The translations under genes were made by a program, and so were the position numbers. The notes beneath the pieces are model-generated. The model did no database searches, was not told the DNA's origin, and was given only the letters and a program-made list of their open reading frames with translations. From contig CM119266.1 in the NCBI GenBank assembly GCA_051294375.1, positions 14,125,614 to 14,189,613 of the forward strand: a stretch of DNA of 64,000 nucleotides. Reading direction: 5' to 3'. This document shows, one piece after another, positions 1 to 13,421 of the stretch. Each line of letters starts with the position of its first letter. Position 1 is the stretch's first letter. This DNA comes from Paraspadella gotoi. Its lineage: Eukaryota > Animalia > Chaetognatha.

Positions 1-649
1 CCATCACCGCCATCGGCCTCGCTTTTCGCCCGCAATATGGATTTTCTTGATTTAGCCCTCTACCGGTGACGCTTTTGGTCCTCGGGTTCGCGACCCCATT
101 ACCGGAAACCCCTCGCATTCCTTATCACTCCCCCCACCTCTATTACCACTCCGCCCCCCGCTTTTCCACACCCATCGGCTGGTGGGTCAGCTTTCTCCTC
201 AATCCCCTTTAATACCTGGGCGGTCGTCGACCCCGCAAACTCATTCAAAGCTTCATTCCCTTCTTACCGCCCCCTCCCCTCAACTCCCCTCCCCCCCACC
301 GTCGTTGTGGCAACGACGTCGGCCAAACGCTGATGGTCTCGAGACACGCTGCCAATCAACGAGTAGACCGACCCCGTTGCGCCTTGGCGCGGCGATTGCC
401 ATCGTCCAATCAAATCGCTTCTTTCTCTCTCTCTCTCGCTTATTTTAGCGTTCTTTTTTTTTACTTTTTTTATAATATTTCTTTCTTTACTTTCTTTCTT
501 TTTCAAGTTTTTTTTCTCGCTTTCTCTCATTGTCTTTCTGTAATTCTAACTCTTTCTGTCCTCCCGTCATTCTGTTTTCCCGTGACCTCGTCGTGCCGCC
601 GGAGACCCTTCGGTATTGCCACCTTCCGACGCATCAATCTTTTTGTTCT

Positions 650-783
<134 letters not shown>

Positions 784-890
784 CCTCATGTTTTCCCATT
801 GCCTTTTCCCTTTCATCCATCAGTCTTGTCTTCCAACAACCCCAGCATATCAAACTACGTTCAATTCAATCAAATTCCACACGCGCCCAA

Positions 891-956
891 AATGTGGGTT
901 CCGCATCCACAAAAAGGCCACAATGTGGGTTCCGCATCCACAAAAAAACCCACATT
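891..956 (+). repeat. Two 31-bp-period units aatgtgggttccgcatccacaaaaa, followed by an inverted cccacatt
   Basis: Direct repeat visible; translates as KCGFRIHKK/QCGFRIHKK. Confidence 0.8.
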
Positions 957-1763
957 CGCAGCTACAATAATGCAATGAAGGACAATTTATTGGGATAGAA
1001 AAAAAACTAATAGAGCTCTGTGATTTCAATTCTTGTTTGTCAAAATAAAATTTGATGTATAGATTCATGTAAACCTCGACAAGGATAGTAGATTCGCTCA
1101 CGTCTTCGTCCTCGTCCTCTTTGTCATCATGATCTTCATCTATGTCGTCGTCATCGTCTCCATCAGCTGATTCACGGCAACGAGGGCGTCAGTTACGCGA
1201 CGCTATCGCCGTCGCAACAATGACGTCCCGTCACTGACAACGCCCCCTATCCCCGCCCACTGTGCCTCACGATGTAGAGGTGACAAGCAAGTCGCACGGG
1301 GCTCTGGGCCGTGAGAGAGAGAGCAAGGGAGAAAGAGTGAAAGTGAGCAAGAAAAGAGAGACAGAGAGAAAGATAGGGAGAAAAAAAATGGAAAGACAAA
1401 GAATTAATAACCATAAAAATACTATAAAACCGAGTCGTTAGATTTTTTTTTTTTTCATAAGTTTTCCCATCCTTTCGAAATTCTCCGCGCTTGATAACCT
1501 CAGACTCGNNNNNNNNNNNNNNNNNNNNNNNNNNNNNNNNNNNNNNNNNNNNNNNNNNNNNNNNNNNNNNNNNNNNNNNNNNNNNNNNNNNNNNNNNNNN
1601 NNNNNNNNNNNNNNNNNNNNNNNNNNNNNNNNNNNNNNNNNNNNNNNNNNNNNNNNNNNNNNNNNNNNNNNNNNNNNNNNNNNNNNNNNNNNNNNNNNNN
1701 NNNNNNNNNNNNNNNNNNNNNNNNNNNNNNNNNNNNNNNNNNNNNNNNNNNNNNNNNNNNNNN

Positions 1764-4700
1764 CTCCTTGTTTCTCGTCGGCGAAGCCTTCACTTTTTTT
1801 TTCTTTTTTTCTTTTTTCTTTTTTCTCTCCTTTTCCCTTATTTTCTCTCTCCTCAACAGTTTTTCGCTCCGTTTAAACGAGGTTGTTTCTTTTTTTTTTC
1901 NNNNNNNNNNNNNNNNNNNNNNNNNNNNNNNNNNNNNNNNNNNNNNNNNNNNNNNNNNNNNNNNNNNNNNNNNNNNNNNNNNNNNNNNNNNNNNNNNNNN
2001 NNNNNNNNNNNNNNNNNNNNNNNNNNNNNNNNNNNNNNNNNNNNNNNNNNNNNNNNNNNNNNNNNNNNNNNNNNNNNNNNNNNNNNNNNNNNNNNNNNNN
2101 NNNNNNNNNNNNNNNNNNNNNNNNNNNNNNNNNNNNNNNNNNNNNNNNNNNNNNNNNTGCAAAGTTGTGGGGGGGGGAGAGAAAATGGCGCCTCTCAATT
2201 TTCGAAAGAGAATGAAACAACTCTCTCTCTATCTCTCTCGCTCTCTTTCTCTCATCCTCCCCTCTCTTTCTTATTCCATTTAGAAAATGAAGTAAATTGG
2301 AAAAAGTCTGTCCACTCGAAAGTTTCGGTTAATCCAACGGGGGAGAAGGGGAAGCTCCTCTTGACTCGGACCTCCGCTCACTTTATCTTTTTAACGAAGG
2401 CGGTGGTTGAGTGGAAGAGGGTTGGGGGGCGCGTAAAGGGGGGTTGAGGGGTGGAAACGGAAGTGACCCCGTCGGGGATTATCCGGCGTGGTCCTCCCGG
2501 GGTTTTTCGAAGGGATCAATAGATCGTTGGGCCTAATCTCTCTCTCGCTCTCTCTTTCCGTCAACGGAAACGGGATTTTCGGTTGACGTCGGATCGATGA
2601 TCTCGTTCGCTCGACATCTAATTAATTAGGTGGTTTTTTTTTAAACTATTATAATATTTACTAATTAAGCAATTAGTAAATTAGTTTGCTGTATGAATTG
2701 AAATTTTCAACTTTCCACTTTAGTCACCACCATTCCCACTTCCCACGAACGCTCAACCACCACCAATCGGTCGGCCTCGAGCTCCGCCTCCCTCGATGCC
2801 ATCGGGTGCCATCGGGTGCCATCCGGTGGCAGAGGTTCCATTGTATTGAGTCTCGCGCGCGGAAGATTAAAACAAGAAACTCTGGCGACGACGGCGCGGA
2901 ATTCGAAACGAGGCTTCGGCGCTGCGAAGAGGAAGGAGTAAAATGGAGCGTGTGAATCCGTGGGTGGGGGTGTAGGTTGGAGGGGCGTGCCGTTTGGGGC
3001 GCGAAAAAGTGGCGGNNNNNNNNNNNNNNNNNNNNNNNNNNNNNNNNNNNNNNNNNNNNNNNNNNNNNNNNNNNNNNNNNNNNNNNNNNNNNNNNNNNNN
3101 NNNNNNNNNNNNNNNNNNNNNNNNNNNNNNNNNNNNNNNNNNNNNNNNNNNNNNNNNNNNNNNNNNNNNNNNNNNNNNNNNNNNNNNNNNNNNNNNNNNN
3201 NNNNNNNNNNNNNNNNNNNNNNNNNNNNNNNNNNNNNNNNNNNNNNNNNNNNNNNNNNNNNNNNNNNNNNNNNNNNNNNNNNNNNNNNNNNAGAGAGAGA
3301 CAGAGCCGCGCTGAATTGCAGAGAGGTCGACGGAGACTGAAAAGAAAAAGATGAGATGCGAGGGTGATCGTTTTCCCCCGGGGGTTGAGACGAATAGAAT
3401 TGTAAGCAAGGAATAGAGTTGAGTTGGCATTAGATTAGATGGCATTAAATGAGATGACAGGAGATGAAATGGCCTTAGATGAGATGGCAGAATATGAGTC
3501 AACTGATGTTGTGAGATAAATGGTGTAAAATGAAATAGCTGGAGATAAGATTTCGAGACATAAGTTGAGATCAAATGGCATCATAAGATATGGAATTGGT
3601 TGAGATGGCACGTGACGAGGGTGATCGTCCCCCTTAAGGGATTAAGGCGAGTAGAATGGTCCTCGTCTGACGAGTTTCACGATTAAAACGAGAGGGGATT
3701 TGTTTTGTCTTTATTTTTTTTTCAGTTTCTAGATTTGCAATTTGTTTTAAACGACAAAATCATTTGCTACGCGGAAAGAAAGAGAGAAAAAGAAAAAAAA
3801 GAGCGAGAGAGAGAACGAGCCCGCCGAGCGATTTACGAAAAGGAGCTCACGGTTTACTTTCCTGCGTACAGTGCGGGCTTTTTTGAGGAAGTAAACAAAC
3901 CAGTAGCTACGCTAGTCACTGTAGATCGAATTAAATGATTTTAAAGAGTCTCAAATCGGCTGTTACTTTGTAAAATTGTAAAATTTTAAGTTTCTTTTAA
4001 TTGAATTAGTAATCGTATTTTTTTGAATTTTTTAAAAAAGTATTAAAAAATTTTTTACTCAAAACCACCATGTTTGACGATATATAGAACCGTTGATTCA
4101 ATTCGAAATAAACAAATAAACATGCGGCGGCTGGCGGCGCGTTGAAAGCAAAACGAGAAATTCACTCCTTTTTTTTCTCCTGGAAATTTATTTCCTTCCT
4201 TTTAGAATATTTTCTGCTTTTCTTCCTTCCGCATCCCACTCTGCTTTTTTTTTTTTGGGTTGCTTTTTAACTTTTTTTCGTTTCGTTTGTGAATTGTGGT
4301 TTTTTTCCCCTTTTTTTTTTGCCCCGCAAATATTTTCCTCGTTTTTCTTGAAATCCTTGCGGTTTTCTTTTCCTCATGACACCTTCTCCATCAACTATTT
4401 CAGACGCGCGAAAAAAAGTTTTTTTCTTTTCTTTCCGTTTCTCTTTTCGCGTCTTTTCTTATCCGACTCCATTTTGCAGCTGCGTTAGAGTGGAGGCTGG
4501 AGAGTGAGACTATTTTGTGGCTAAATCGGCGTTGCACTTACCCCCTATTTTTGCATTTACTGGATAGACTAAGAAAAAAGTGAAAGTTCAATGCATTTAA
4601 GAAAAAAAGCAGCTTCGCGTTACAGCATCTAATTTCGATTTAACTTTCATCAGTCCGGGCGATTTGATAAAAGACGAGCTCGCTCTCTCTCTCGCCTTCT

Positions 4701-4764
4701 CTCTTTTGATCTCGGTCCCCGCGAGGTCGATCCTGCCCTTTTACTCCCATGAGAGAGGAAAGTC

Positions 4765-4832
<68 letters not shown>

Positions 4833-5000
4833 TGTTAGTGAAGAAAAAATGGAAAAAACGGAGACTGGCAGATTTTTTTATTTTTTTTTATTCCGCGCCT
4901 TTAGCCCCACAGTTTCTGTCCATGTTATCAAGTTTCTGATCCCAGTTTGACACGAGGACCCCGAGTCGCCGTGACCTCATCAAAGCTCAAACCCCCCTTT

Positions 5001-5036
<36 letters not shown>

Positions 5037-5843
5037 TTTTCTTTGGAATCAGACATTCCCTAGTTTAACGGATTCCATTGCGATTTCCAAAGCAGTTGGT
5101 CTTCTTCTTCTCTCAAATGCAATTTGTTTTTGCATTTAATTGCTGCCAGGAAGGTCTCGTCTATGAATGTAGGACTTCATTAATTGCAATATACATAAAC
5201 GTTGGCAATAACGTTAAAGGGAAGGAATATTATTTCCGTAATTCATTGAGCTCTCTTTAAATCTATGATTATGAAATGTCATAAAGAAAATCAGCCTTTC
5301 TTAAATATTTTTTAGATTTTTTTGTTATTAACTCAGATTTCGGAGGAAAAAAAAGTAACAAAAAAAAGGGATAACGTTTAGTTCCAAAAAATAAAAAAAA
5401 AAAAAAAAGGAATCGACTTCAAAGAAAAAAAATATTGGATGGGATCGTCGACCCTGATAAAAACTTATTTGAAATTTTCAGGTTTCCCATTGCCTACTCC
5501 TACGCTCGATCTATTTCATATGAATTCATTTTATTTCTCTTTTTTTCTTTCTCTCTTTCTTTCTTTCTTTCTTTATCTCTTTTTCTCTCTTTCTCTCTTT
5601 CTTTCTTTCTCTCTTTCTTTCTTTCTTTCTTTCTTTATCTCTTTTTCTCTTTTTCTCTCTTTCTCTCTTTCTTTCTTTCTCTCTTTCTCTCTTTCCCTCT
5701 TTCTCTTATTCTTTCTTTCTTTCATTCCTCTTTCTAGCTTTTACCCTCTTTCCCCTTTCTTCAATTCAAATCATATCTCATCTTTTGGTTTTCATTCGCC
5801 TGGAACCACAAGACCGTAACCCAGCTGTTTCCCCCTCCAGTTA

Positions 5844-5879
<36 letters not shown>

Positions 5880-6466
5880 TCATCAAACTTTAGCCTGTTT
5901 GAACAGCTTCGGCCCCTTGGTTATAAAGTTTAATTTCAAAGGATAGGATTCTCATTTTTTTGGGGGGGGGTTGAACTCATAATAAGGAAGGAAGCAAAAA
6001 AAGATTGATTCCGCTCTTTAATCGGTGCAAAGAAAGTGAGACTGCAGAGATTTTTAAAGAGACATGAAAACAACAGCTTATTTTACACTCTTCCACCCAT
6101 CTTTCTTGTCCCTGTCTCTCGCAATCATCCCTATCTCAATTATTGTTCCTTTGTTTTAAATCGTCAAAATCGAACTCTACGATCTTCGAGTCTCGGACTC
6201 ACGCCAAAGTTTTAGACCAAAGGCCGCGGGGAAACGTGCGAGGAGGAAGCGTCGCGATTCGACGAGAAAAAAAAAAGACAAAAAAATAAAAATAAAAAAA
6301 AAAAAAAAAACCAAATACAAAAATATCGTAATTGGTATTCCCAAACATTCTGGTTTCAACAAACTTGCTTTCTCTCTTTATTTCGAATAAACAAGAAGAA
6401 AAAATAAAAAGAAAAACTCGATGAAAGGTTAAATTCACTTCTTTGGCAACAAAAAGCGAACGCGCG

Positions 6467-6499
<33 letters not shown>

Positions 6500-7794
6500 C
6501 CTCATCTCTCTTCGGCTTTCGTTCTATTACGATCGACTTTTTTTCTTCTATTTTTTTAATTTAGTTTTTGTCTTTTTGTTTTAGTTTTTTTTTTTGTCTT
6601 TTTTTTTCTCGTCGAATCGCGACGCTCCTCCTCCGGCACGTTTCCCCCCCGCGGCCTTTGGTCCTAAAACTTTGGCGTGAGTCCGAGACTCGAGATCGTA
6701 GAGTTATTTTGACGATTTAAACAAAGAAACAATAATTGAGAATAGGGATGATTGTGAGAGACAGGGACAAGAAAGATGGGTGGAAGAGTGTAAAATAAGC
6801 TGTTGTTTTTATTTCTCTTTTAAATCTCTGCAAGTCTCACTTTATCTTTTCAAACGGATTAAAGGAGAAGAATCATCTTTTTTTGCTTCTTCCTTCTTAT
6901 GAAGTTCAACCCCCCCCCCAAAAAAAATGAGATCCTATCCTTGAAATTAAACTTTATAACCAAGGGGCCGAAGCTGTTCAAACAGGCTAAAGTTTGATGA
7001 AAGAAGAGAAGAGAGAGAGAGAGGAGAGAGAGAGAGAGGAGAGAGAGAGAGGAGAGAGGCATAACCTGGAGGGGGAAACAGCTGGGTTACGGTCTTGTGG
7101 TTCCAGGACGAATGAAAACAAAAAGATGGAGATATGATTTGAATTGAAGAAAGGGAAAGAGGGTAAAGCTAGAAAGAGAATGAAAGAAAGAAAGATGGAG
7201 AAAGAGGGAAAGAGAGAAGAGAGAAGAGAGAAAAGAGAAAGAGAGAAAGAAAAGAAAGAAAGAAAGAGAGAAAGAAAAGAGAAATCAAATGAATTCATAT
7301 GAAATAGATCGAGCGTAAAGGAGTAGGCAATGGGAAACCTGAAAATTTCAAATAAGTTTTTTTAATCAGGGTCGACGATCCCATCCAAATATTTTTTTTT
7401 CTTTTGAAGGTCGAATTCCTTTTTTTTTTTATAGTTATTTTTTGGAAATAAACGTTATCCCTTTTTTTTGTTATTTTTTTTTCCTCCGGAAATCTGAAGT
7501 TAATAACAAAAAAATCTAAAAAAATATTTAAGAAAGCTGATTTTCTTTATGACATTTATAATCATAATTAAGAAAGGCTCAATGAAATTTACGGAAATAA
7601 TATTCCTTCCATTTAACGTCATTTGCCAACGTTTTATGTATATTGCAATTAATGAAGTCCTACATTCTATATAGACGAGACCTTCCTGGCAGCAATTAAA
7701 TGCAAAAAACAAATTGCATTTGAGAGAGGAAGAAGACGCAACTGCTTTGGAAAATCGCAATGGATCCGTTAAACTCGGGAAATGTCTGTAGTTC

Positions 7795-7893
<99 letters not shown>

Positions 7894-10800
7894 AAGAAAG
7901 GGGGGGTTTGGAGCTTTTGATGAGGTCACTGGCCGACTCGGGTCCTCGTGGTCAAACTGGATCGCAGAAACTTGTACAAATGGAACAGAAACTGTGGGGC
8001 GTAAAGGCGCGGAATAAAAAATAAAAAAAAAATTCTGCGCAGTCTCCGTTTTTTTTCGCATTTTTTTCTTCACTACACTCTCTCTCTCTCTCTCTCTCTC
8101 GTCTCGTCTCGTCTACTTCTCCTCTCTCTCTCTCTGTCTCGTCTCGGTTTGTTGATTGTCTCATCTCTCTCCTGAACTTTCCTGCTCTGCGATGGGAGTA
8201 AAAGGGCAGGATCGACGCTCTTGCGGGGAACGCGTGATCAAAAAGAGAGAAGGCGAGAGAGAGAAGCGAGCTCGTCTTCTTATTCAATATCGCCGGACTG
8301 ATGAAAGTTAAATCGAAATTAGATTGCTGTATCGCGAAGCTGCTTTTTTATTAAATCATTGAACTCCACTTTTTTCATTTATTTCTATGGTAATTTGGTA
8401 TGTATTTGAAGTATTGGGTATTGTAAAGTGAGATTAGGATTAAGATTAAAAATCATAAGGTTAAGAATTAAAGTTTAAAATTAAATGACTTAGTATAATG
8501 AAAATGGTGTGGGGGGAAATTTAATTGGGTAAAAATAAATAAATAAAAATTGCGATGCATTATGTAATTATGAAGATCAATTGTATGAATAATAGTAAAT
8601 ACAATAATATTATAATAATATTAATAGTTTTATAATAATATCTTGAGTAATAAATAAAATGATAAAAAATAATAATAGTAATAATGATAAAATATAATAG
8701 TATCATTAATGATCAGAACAATATATAATTAGAATGAGGTAATTCCAATAATAGTAAATCCATCATAGTATATAATACATAAATAATAATAATAATGTAA
8801 AAATAATAATAGTAATAATGAAAATATATATTAGTATCATTAACGATATAGGGAATATAATAATTGAGGAATAAGGGTAATTCCATAATTTAGAATCTGG
8901 TACTTTTTATGCCTTCCTGTTTATGATCTTTTAAAATAAAAAAATTGACACCAGTTCTGTCTATGACTTAAAAAAAAAAGGCAATGGCCTAGTATAAATG
9001 TTTAAGGTACCATAATGAGTATATTTACTTGTGTTTTAAATGTTGCCAAGTCTGTCTATGACTTAAAATAAAAAGAAATGGCATGGCCTAGATGTGTTAA
9101 AGGTTAGGGACCATAATGATAAATATCACTCAGATTTGCAGATGTCCGCAGTGATCTTAATTGTTTGGAAATTTATGGTTTTATGCCAGTAGTGGCAATT
9201 AGTCTTGCTCAATACTCATTTATTGTTTAAAATGTCATATGTTCAAAATCTTTTAATCTTCTTTATATATTAAAAAAAAAAAAATTTTTTCTTAGTCTGA
9301 TCAGTAAATGCAAAATAGGGGGTAAGAATAACGCCGGATTTAGCCAAAATAGTCCTCATCACTCTCCAGCCCTTCCACTCTTTACGCACCTGCAAAATGG
9401 AGTCGATAAGAAAAGACGCGAAGAGAAAACGGAAAGAAAAAAAAAACTTTTTTTCGCGCGTCTAATAGTTATGGAGAAGTGTCATGAGGAAAGGAACCGC
9501 AAGGATTCAAGATAAAACGAGGAAAATATTTGCCGGGGCAAAAAAAAAAAGGGGATAAAAATCCACAACCAAAGAAGAAAAAAAGTTAAAAAGCAACGCC
9601 AAAAAAAAAAAGCAGAGTGGATCGGAAGGAAGAAAAGCAGAAAATATTCTAAAAGGAAGGAAATATTCCAGGAGAAAAAAAAAGGAGTGAATATTCTCGT
9701 TGCTTCCACGCGCCGGCCAGCCCCGCATGTTTATTTGTTATGTTCGAATTGGAATCAACGGTTCTATTATCGTAAACATTGGTGGTTTTGAGTAAAATTT
9801 TTAATACTTTTTAAAAAAATTCAAAAAAATACGATTACTATCAATTAAAAGCAACCTAAATTTTACAATTTTAACAAAGTAAAGCCGATTTGAGACTCTT
9901 AAATCATTAATTCAAATCTACAGTGACTAGCGTAGCTACTGGTTTGTTTAACTTTCCTCAAAAAAGCCCGCACTGTACGCAGCGAAGTAAAAACCGTTTG
10001 AAGCTCCTTTTCGTAAATCGCCCTGCGGGCTCTGTCTCTCGATCTCGCTTCTTTTTTTCTTTTTCTCTCTTTCTTTCCGCGAGTAGTAATGATTTGTTCG
10101 TTAAACAAAATTGGCCAAATCTAGAAACTCGAAAAAAAAAATAAAGACAAAAACAAATCCCCATCTCTCGTTCTTAATCGTGAAACTCGTCAACGAGACC
10201 ACTCAAACTCGCCTAAATCCCTAAGGGGACTATCACCCTCGTCACGGTGCCTTCCTCAACCATTCGCATGTATCTCAGATGCCATTTGATCTCAACTTTT
10301 ATGGTCTCGAAATCTTATCTCAGCTATTTCGATTTTACACCATTTATCTCACAACACAGTTGATACATATTCTGTCCATCTCATCTAAATGTCCATCTTC
10401 AATCTCCTGTTCATTCATTTATAACGCAAATCCTACTCTATAACTCTAATCCATCATACTCTATCTCCTTGCTTACACATCTCTCATTATTCGTCTCTAA
10501 ATCCTCCGGGCGCCACGGAATAATCGTTCACTCCTCTGCATCTTCATCTTTTTCTCTTCAGTTCGATCTCCGTCGACCTCCATCGTGCTCAGAGTTGCGC
10601 GCGGCTCTCTACTCTCTTCTGCTCTCACTCATCTCTCTCGCTCTCTATTCGTCTCTCTCTCTCTTTCAAAAGACAATAACAGCCACCTCAAACGTTCGTC
10701 TCATTTCTGATTAAATTGCTCCTCCGAGACGCAACTCCTGCCTCTTTTATTTTCCGATGTTGGCCCGTCCCTAGCCAAAAACCCCGCCACCTTTTTCAGC

Positions 10801-12167
10801 CACTGGAGGCGCCAGGACGACGTCGGTTGGCCTCGTTTGATTCCCGGTGCACGGCGTCGTGCCACTCATTGGGACACTCTCCGTCGCCCTCGCCGCGCCA
10901 CCCCCAGCGGCGCGGGGAGGAACACGGCGACCTTCCGAACACATTTTTCCGCCACTACTTTTCGCGCCCACGGGCACGCACTTCCGCCTCCCGCACTCCA
11001 CGGATTCACAGCTCCATTTTCCTCCTTTCCTCTTCGCAGCGCCGAACGTCGTTTCGAATTCCCGCGCCGTTCGTCGCCAGAAGTAGTTCTATTGTTTTAA
11101 AATTTCCGCCGCGCGAGAACTCAATACAGGACTCTGCCACCGGATGGCACGCCGTGGCAACCGATGGCATCGAGGCGAAGGCGGAGCTCGAGGCGACCGA
11201 TTGGTGGTGGTTGAGCCGTTCGTGGGAAGTGCAGATGGTGGTGGACTAAGTGGAGTTGAAAAATTTCAATTCATTACAGCAACTAATTGCTTAATCAGTA
11301 AATATTATATAGTTTTAAAAAAATAAACGACAATTAAATAAATGTCGAGTGTACGAGATCATCGATCCGACGTCAACCGAAAAATTACCGTTTTCCGTTG
11401 ACGGAAAGAGAGCGGAGAGAGAGAATTAGGCCACGATCTAATTGAGCCTTCGAAAAAACCCCTGGGGACGGGACACGCGGATAATCCGCCGAGGGGTCAC
11501 TTCCGTTTTGCCACCTCCTGCACAAGCGCACCTCTAACGTGGGCGCGCTCCCAAGACCCCTCTTCCACTCACACGGGTCGCCTTCGTTAAAAAGATAAAG
11601 TGAGCGGAGGTCCGAGTCAAGAAGGAATGCTTCCTCTTCTCCCTCGTGGGATAACCGATAACTATTTCGAAGTGGACAGACTTTTCCCAATTTACTTCAT
11701 TTTCTAAAATGGAATAAGAAAGAGAGGGGAGGATGAGAGAAAGAGAGCGAGAGAGATAGAGAGAGAGTTGTTTCAATTCTCTTTTTACGACAATTGAGAG
11801 CCCATTTTTCTCTCCCCACAACTTTGCCAGACCGTCCGTCTCCAAAGTTGGCGTTCCACGTCTGGGCGAGCCGAAGAGGGGGTTAAGGAAGGAGGGAGAG
11901 AGGGGTGTGGGGATGAGTGGGGGTTGAAAAGCAGGGCGGAAGGCTGGGGGGGAAGGGGAGTAAAGGAAGAGGGGAGGGAGGGGACATAGAGGGAGAACGG
12001 GAGGCGATGAAAGGAAAAAAAAAACTCGTCGAAAAAAAAGAAGAAACAACCTCGTTTAAAACGGAGCGAAAAATGGTTGAGGAGAAGAGAAAATAAGGAA
12101 AAGGAGAGAAAAAGAAAAAGAAAATAAAGAAAAAAAAGTGAGCCTTCGCCGACGAGAAACAAGGAGA
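1764..12167. repeat. Giant inverted duplication (foldback 1): arms ~1764-6300 and ~6560-12167
   Basis: ctccttgtttctcgtcggcgaag (1764) pairs with cttcgccgacgagaaacaaggag (~12145-12167). gtcgcgattcgacgag (~6251) pairs with ctcgtcgaatcgcgac (~6608). The arms differ mainly by indels, and the right arm has an extra ~900 bp. Confidence 0.92.
3360..3660 (+). repeat. Degenerate GAGATG(GCA)-rich array bracketed by gagggtgatcgt...tagaat direct repeats (inverted copy ~10200-10530)
   Basis: Recurrent gagatg/atggca motifs at short spacing. gagggtgatcgt occurs at ~3360 and ~3617. Confidence 0.6.
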
Positions 12168-12271
12168 TTGAGGCGAAGGAACGAAGCGGCGGCATCTTCT
12201 AGGGCGAATTCACACTGGAGAGGTCCGGTTCAATCGCCCGCTCGCTCTCTCTCTCTCTCTATTTCTTCTCT

Positions 12272-12296
12272 NNNNNNNNNNNNNNNNNNNNNNNNN
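12272..12296. other. 25-N gap; also at 33095-33119, 33743-33767, 49456-49480, 59972-59996 and 63219-63243
   Basis: Each gap counted as exactly 25 N. Five of the six lie at duplication boundaries. Confidence 0.95.
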
Positions 12297-13388
12297 CTGA
12301 GAGAGATAACGGAGACGAGAGAGATGAGAAGAGAAGAGAGAGATCGAGACGAGAGGAGAGTTTGCCATCGGCCGCTTAAAAATTTCAAGTTTACGGCAAA
12401 TAATTACGAAAATAACTAACTTGCATGAAGCAAAACAAATGAAAGGAGTGGGAAGGGAGCGGGGGCAACGAGTCGGGAAGATCAAAGGAAACTTAAAGAG
12501 AGAGGTCGAATGTGTGAAAAACATGGAAATGTGAAAGAAGAAGAAGAAAAGAGAAACTGCCATAAGATGACGAGAAGAGAATACAAAATAATAGAAGTCG
12601 AGAAAGAAAAATAAAAGAAGGAACAAAGAATCAAGGAGATTATCATGTTTCGAGATACGAGTTCTTTTTTCAGAAGAATGTTAGTTTCTTTTTTGTTTAT
12701 TATTTTTTCATTGACATATTAAACAAAAAGTAAGGACAGACAAATAGAGACATAATCGGCAAAAAAGGAGATAGAGACAGAGAGAGATAGAGAGACAGTT
12801 GGTACAACAGACGTGACAAGTTTTAAAGACAAACGTCGCGTTCAATCCAAAGTGAACCCAGCGAGGAAATCCGTCTTATTTCGATATAATAATTTTTTTA
12901 CGCCTTTTTGCTTTTTATACTTCTCTCCCGCCGTCACTCTGACAAAAGTCTTTCATCCTTCTCTCTCTCTCTCTCTCTCTCTCCGTCTCTCCTCTCTCTC
13001 TCTCCCCCTCACTCTCTCTCTCTGTCCCTCCTCCTCTCCTCTGTGCTGGTTTTCGGCTTTTCGCTCGAGCGAAGAAATCAGAGAATAAATATTAAAGAAA
13101 AAAAAGTTGAAATTTGATCGATCGTATGAATAATTTCCTTTGAGCTTCGAGCTTCGACGAGTCCGAAAGTCTATAGAAGAAACAAACCGAAAATAATAGC
13201 AAGAAAAAACAGAAACAAATACCAAAAAAAAAAAAAATAAACAAAAAAAATATCGTATTGGTATTCCAACATTCTGGTTTCAACAAACTTGACTTTCTCT
13301 CTTTATTTCGAATAAACAAGAAGAAAAATAAAAAGAAAAACTCGATGAAAGGTTAATTACTTCTTTGGCAAAAAAAGCGACACGCGCG

Positions 13389-13421
<33 letters not shown>

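Noticed and set aside
10716-11326. GC-rich ORFs as the semaphorin first exon
   Set aside because: No signal peptide or suitable phase-1 donor was found. The frames are not preserved in the mirror copy (~2700-3010), and the segment lies in the inverted arm.
12200-12219. agggcgaattcacactgg resembles a TOPO-vector polylinker flank
   Set aside because: The match is short and gapped with no further vector sequence, so it is probably chance.
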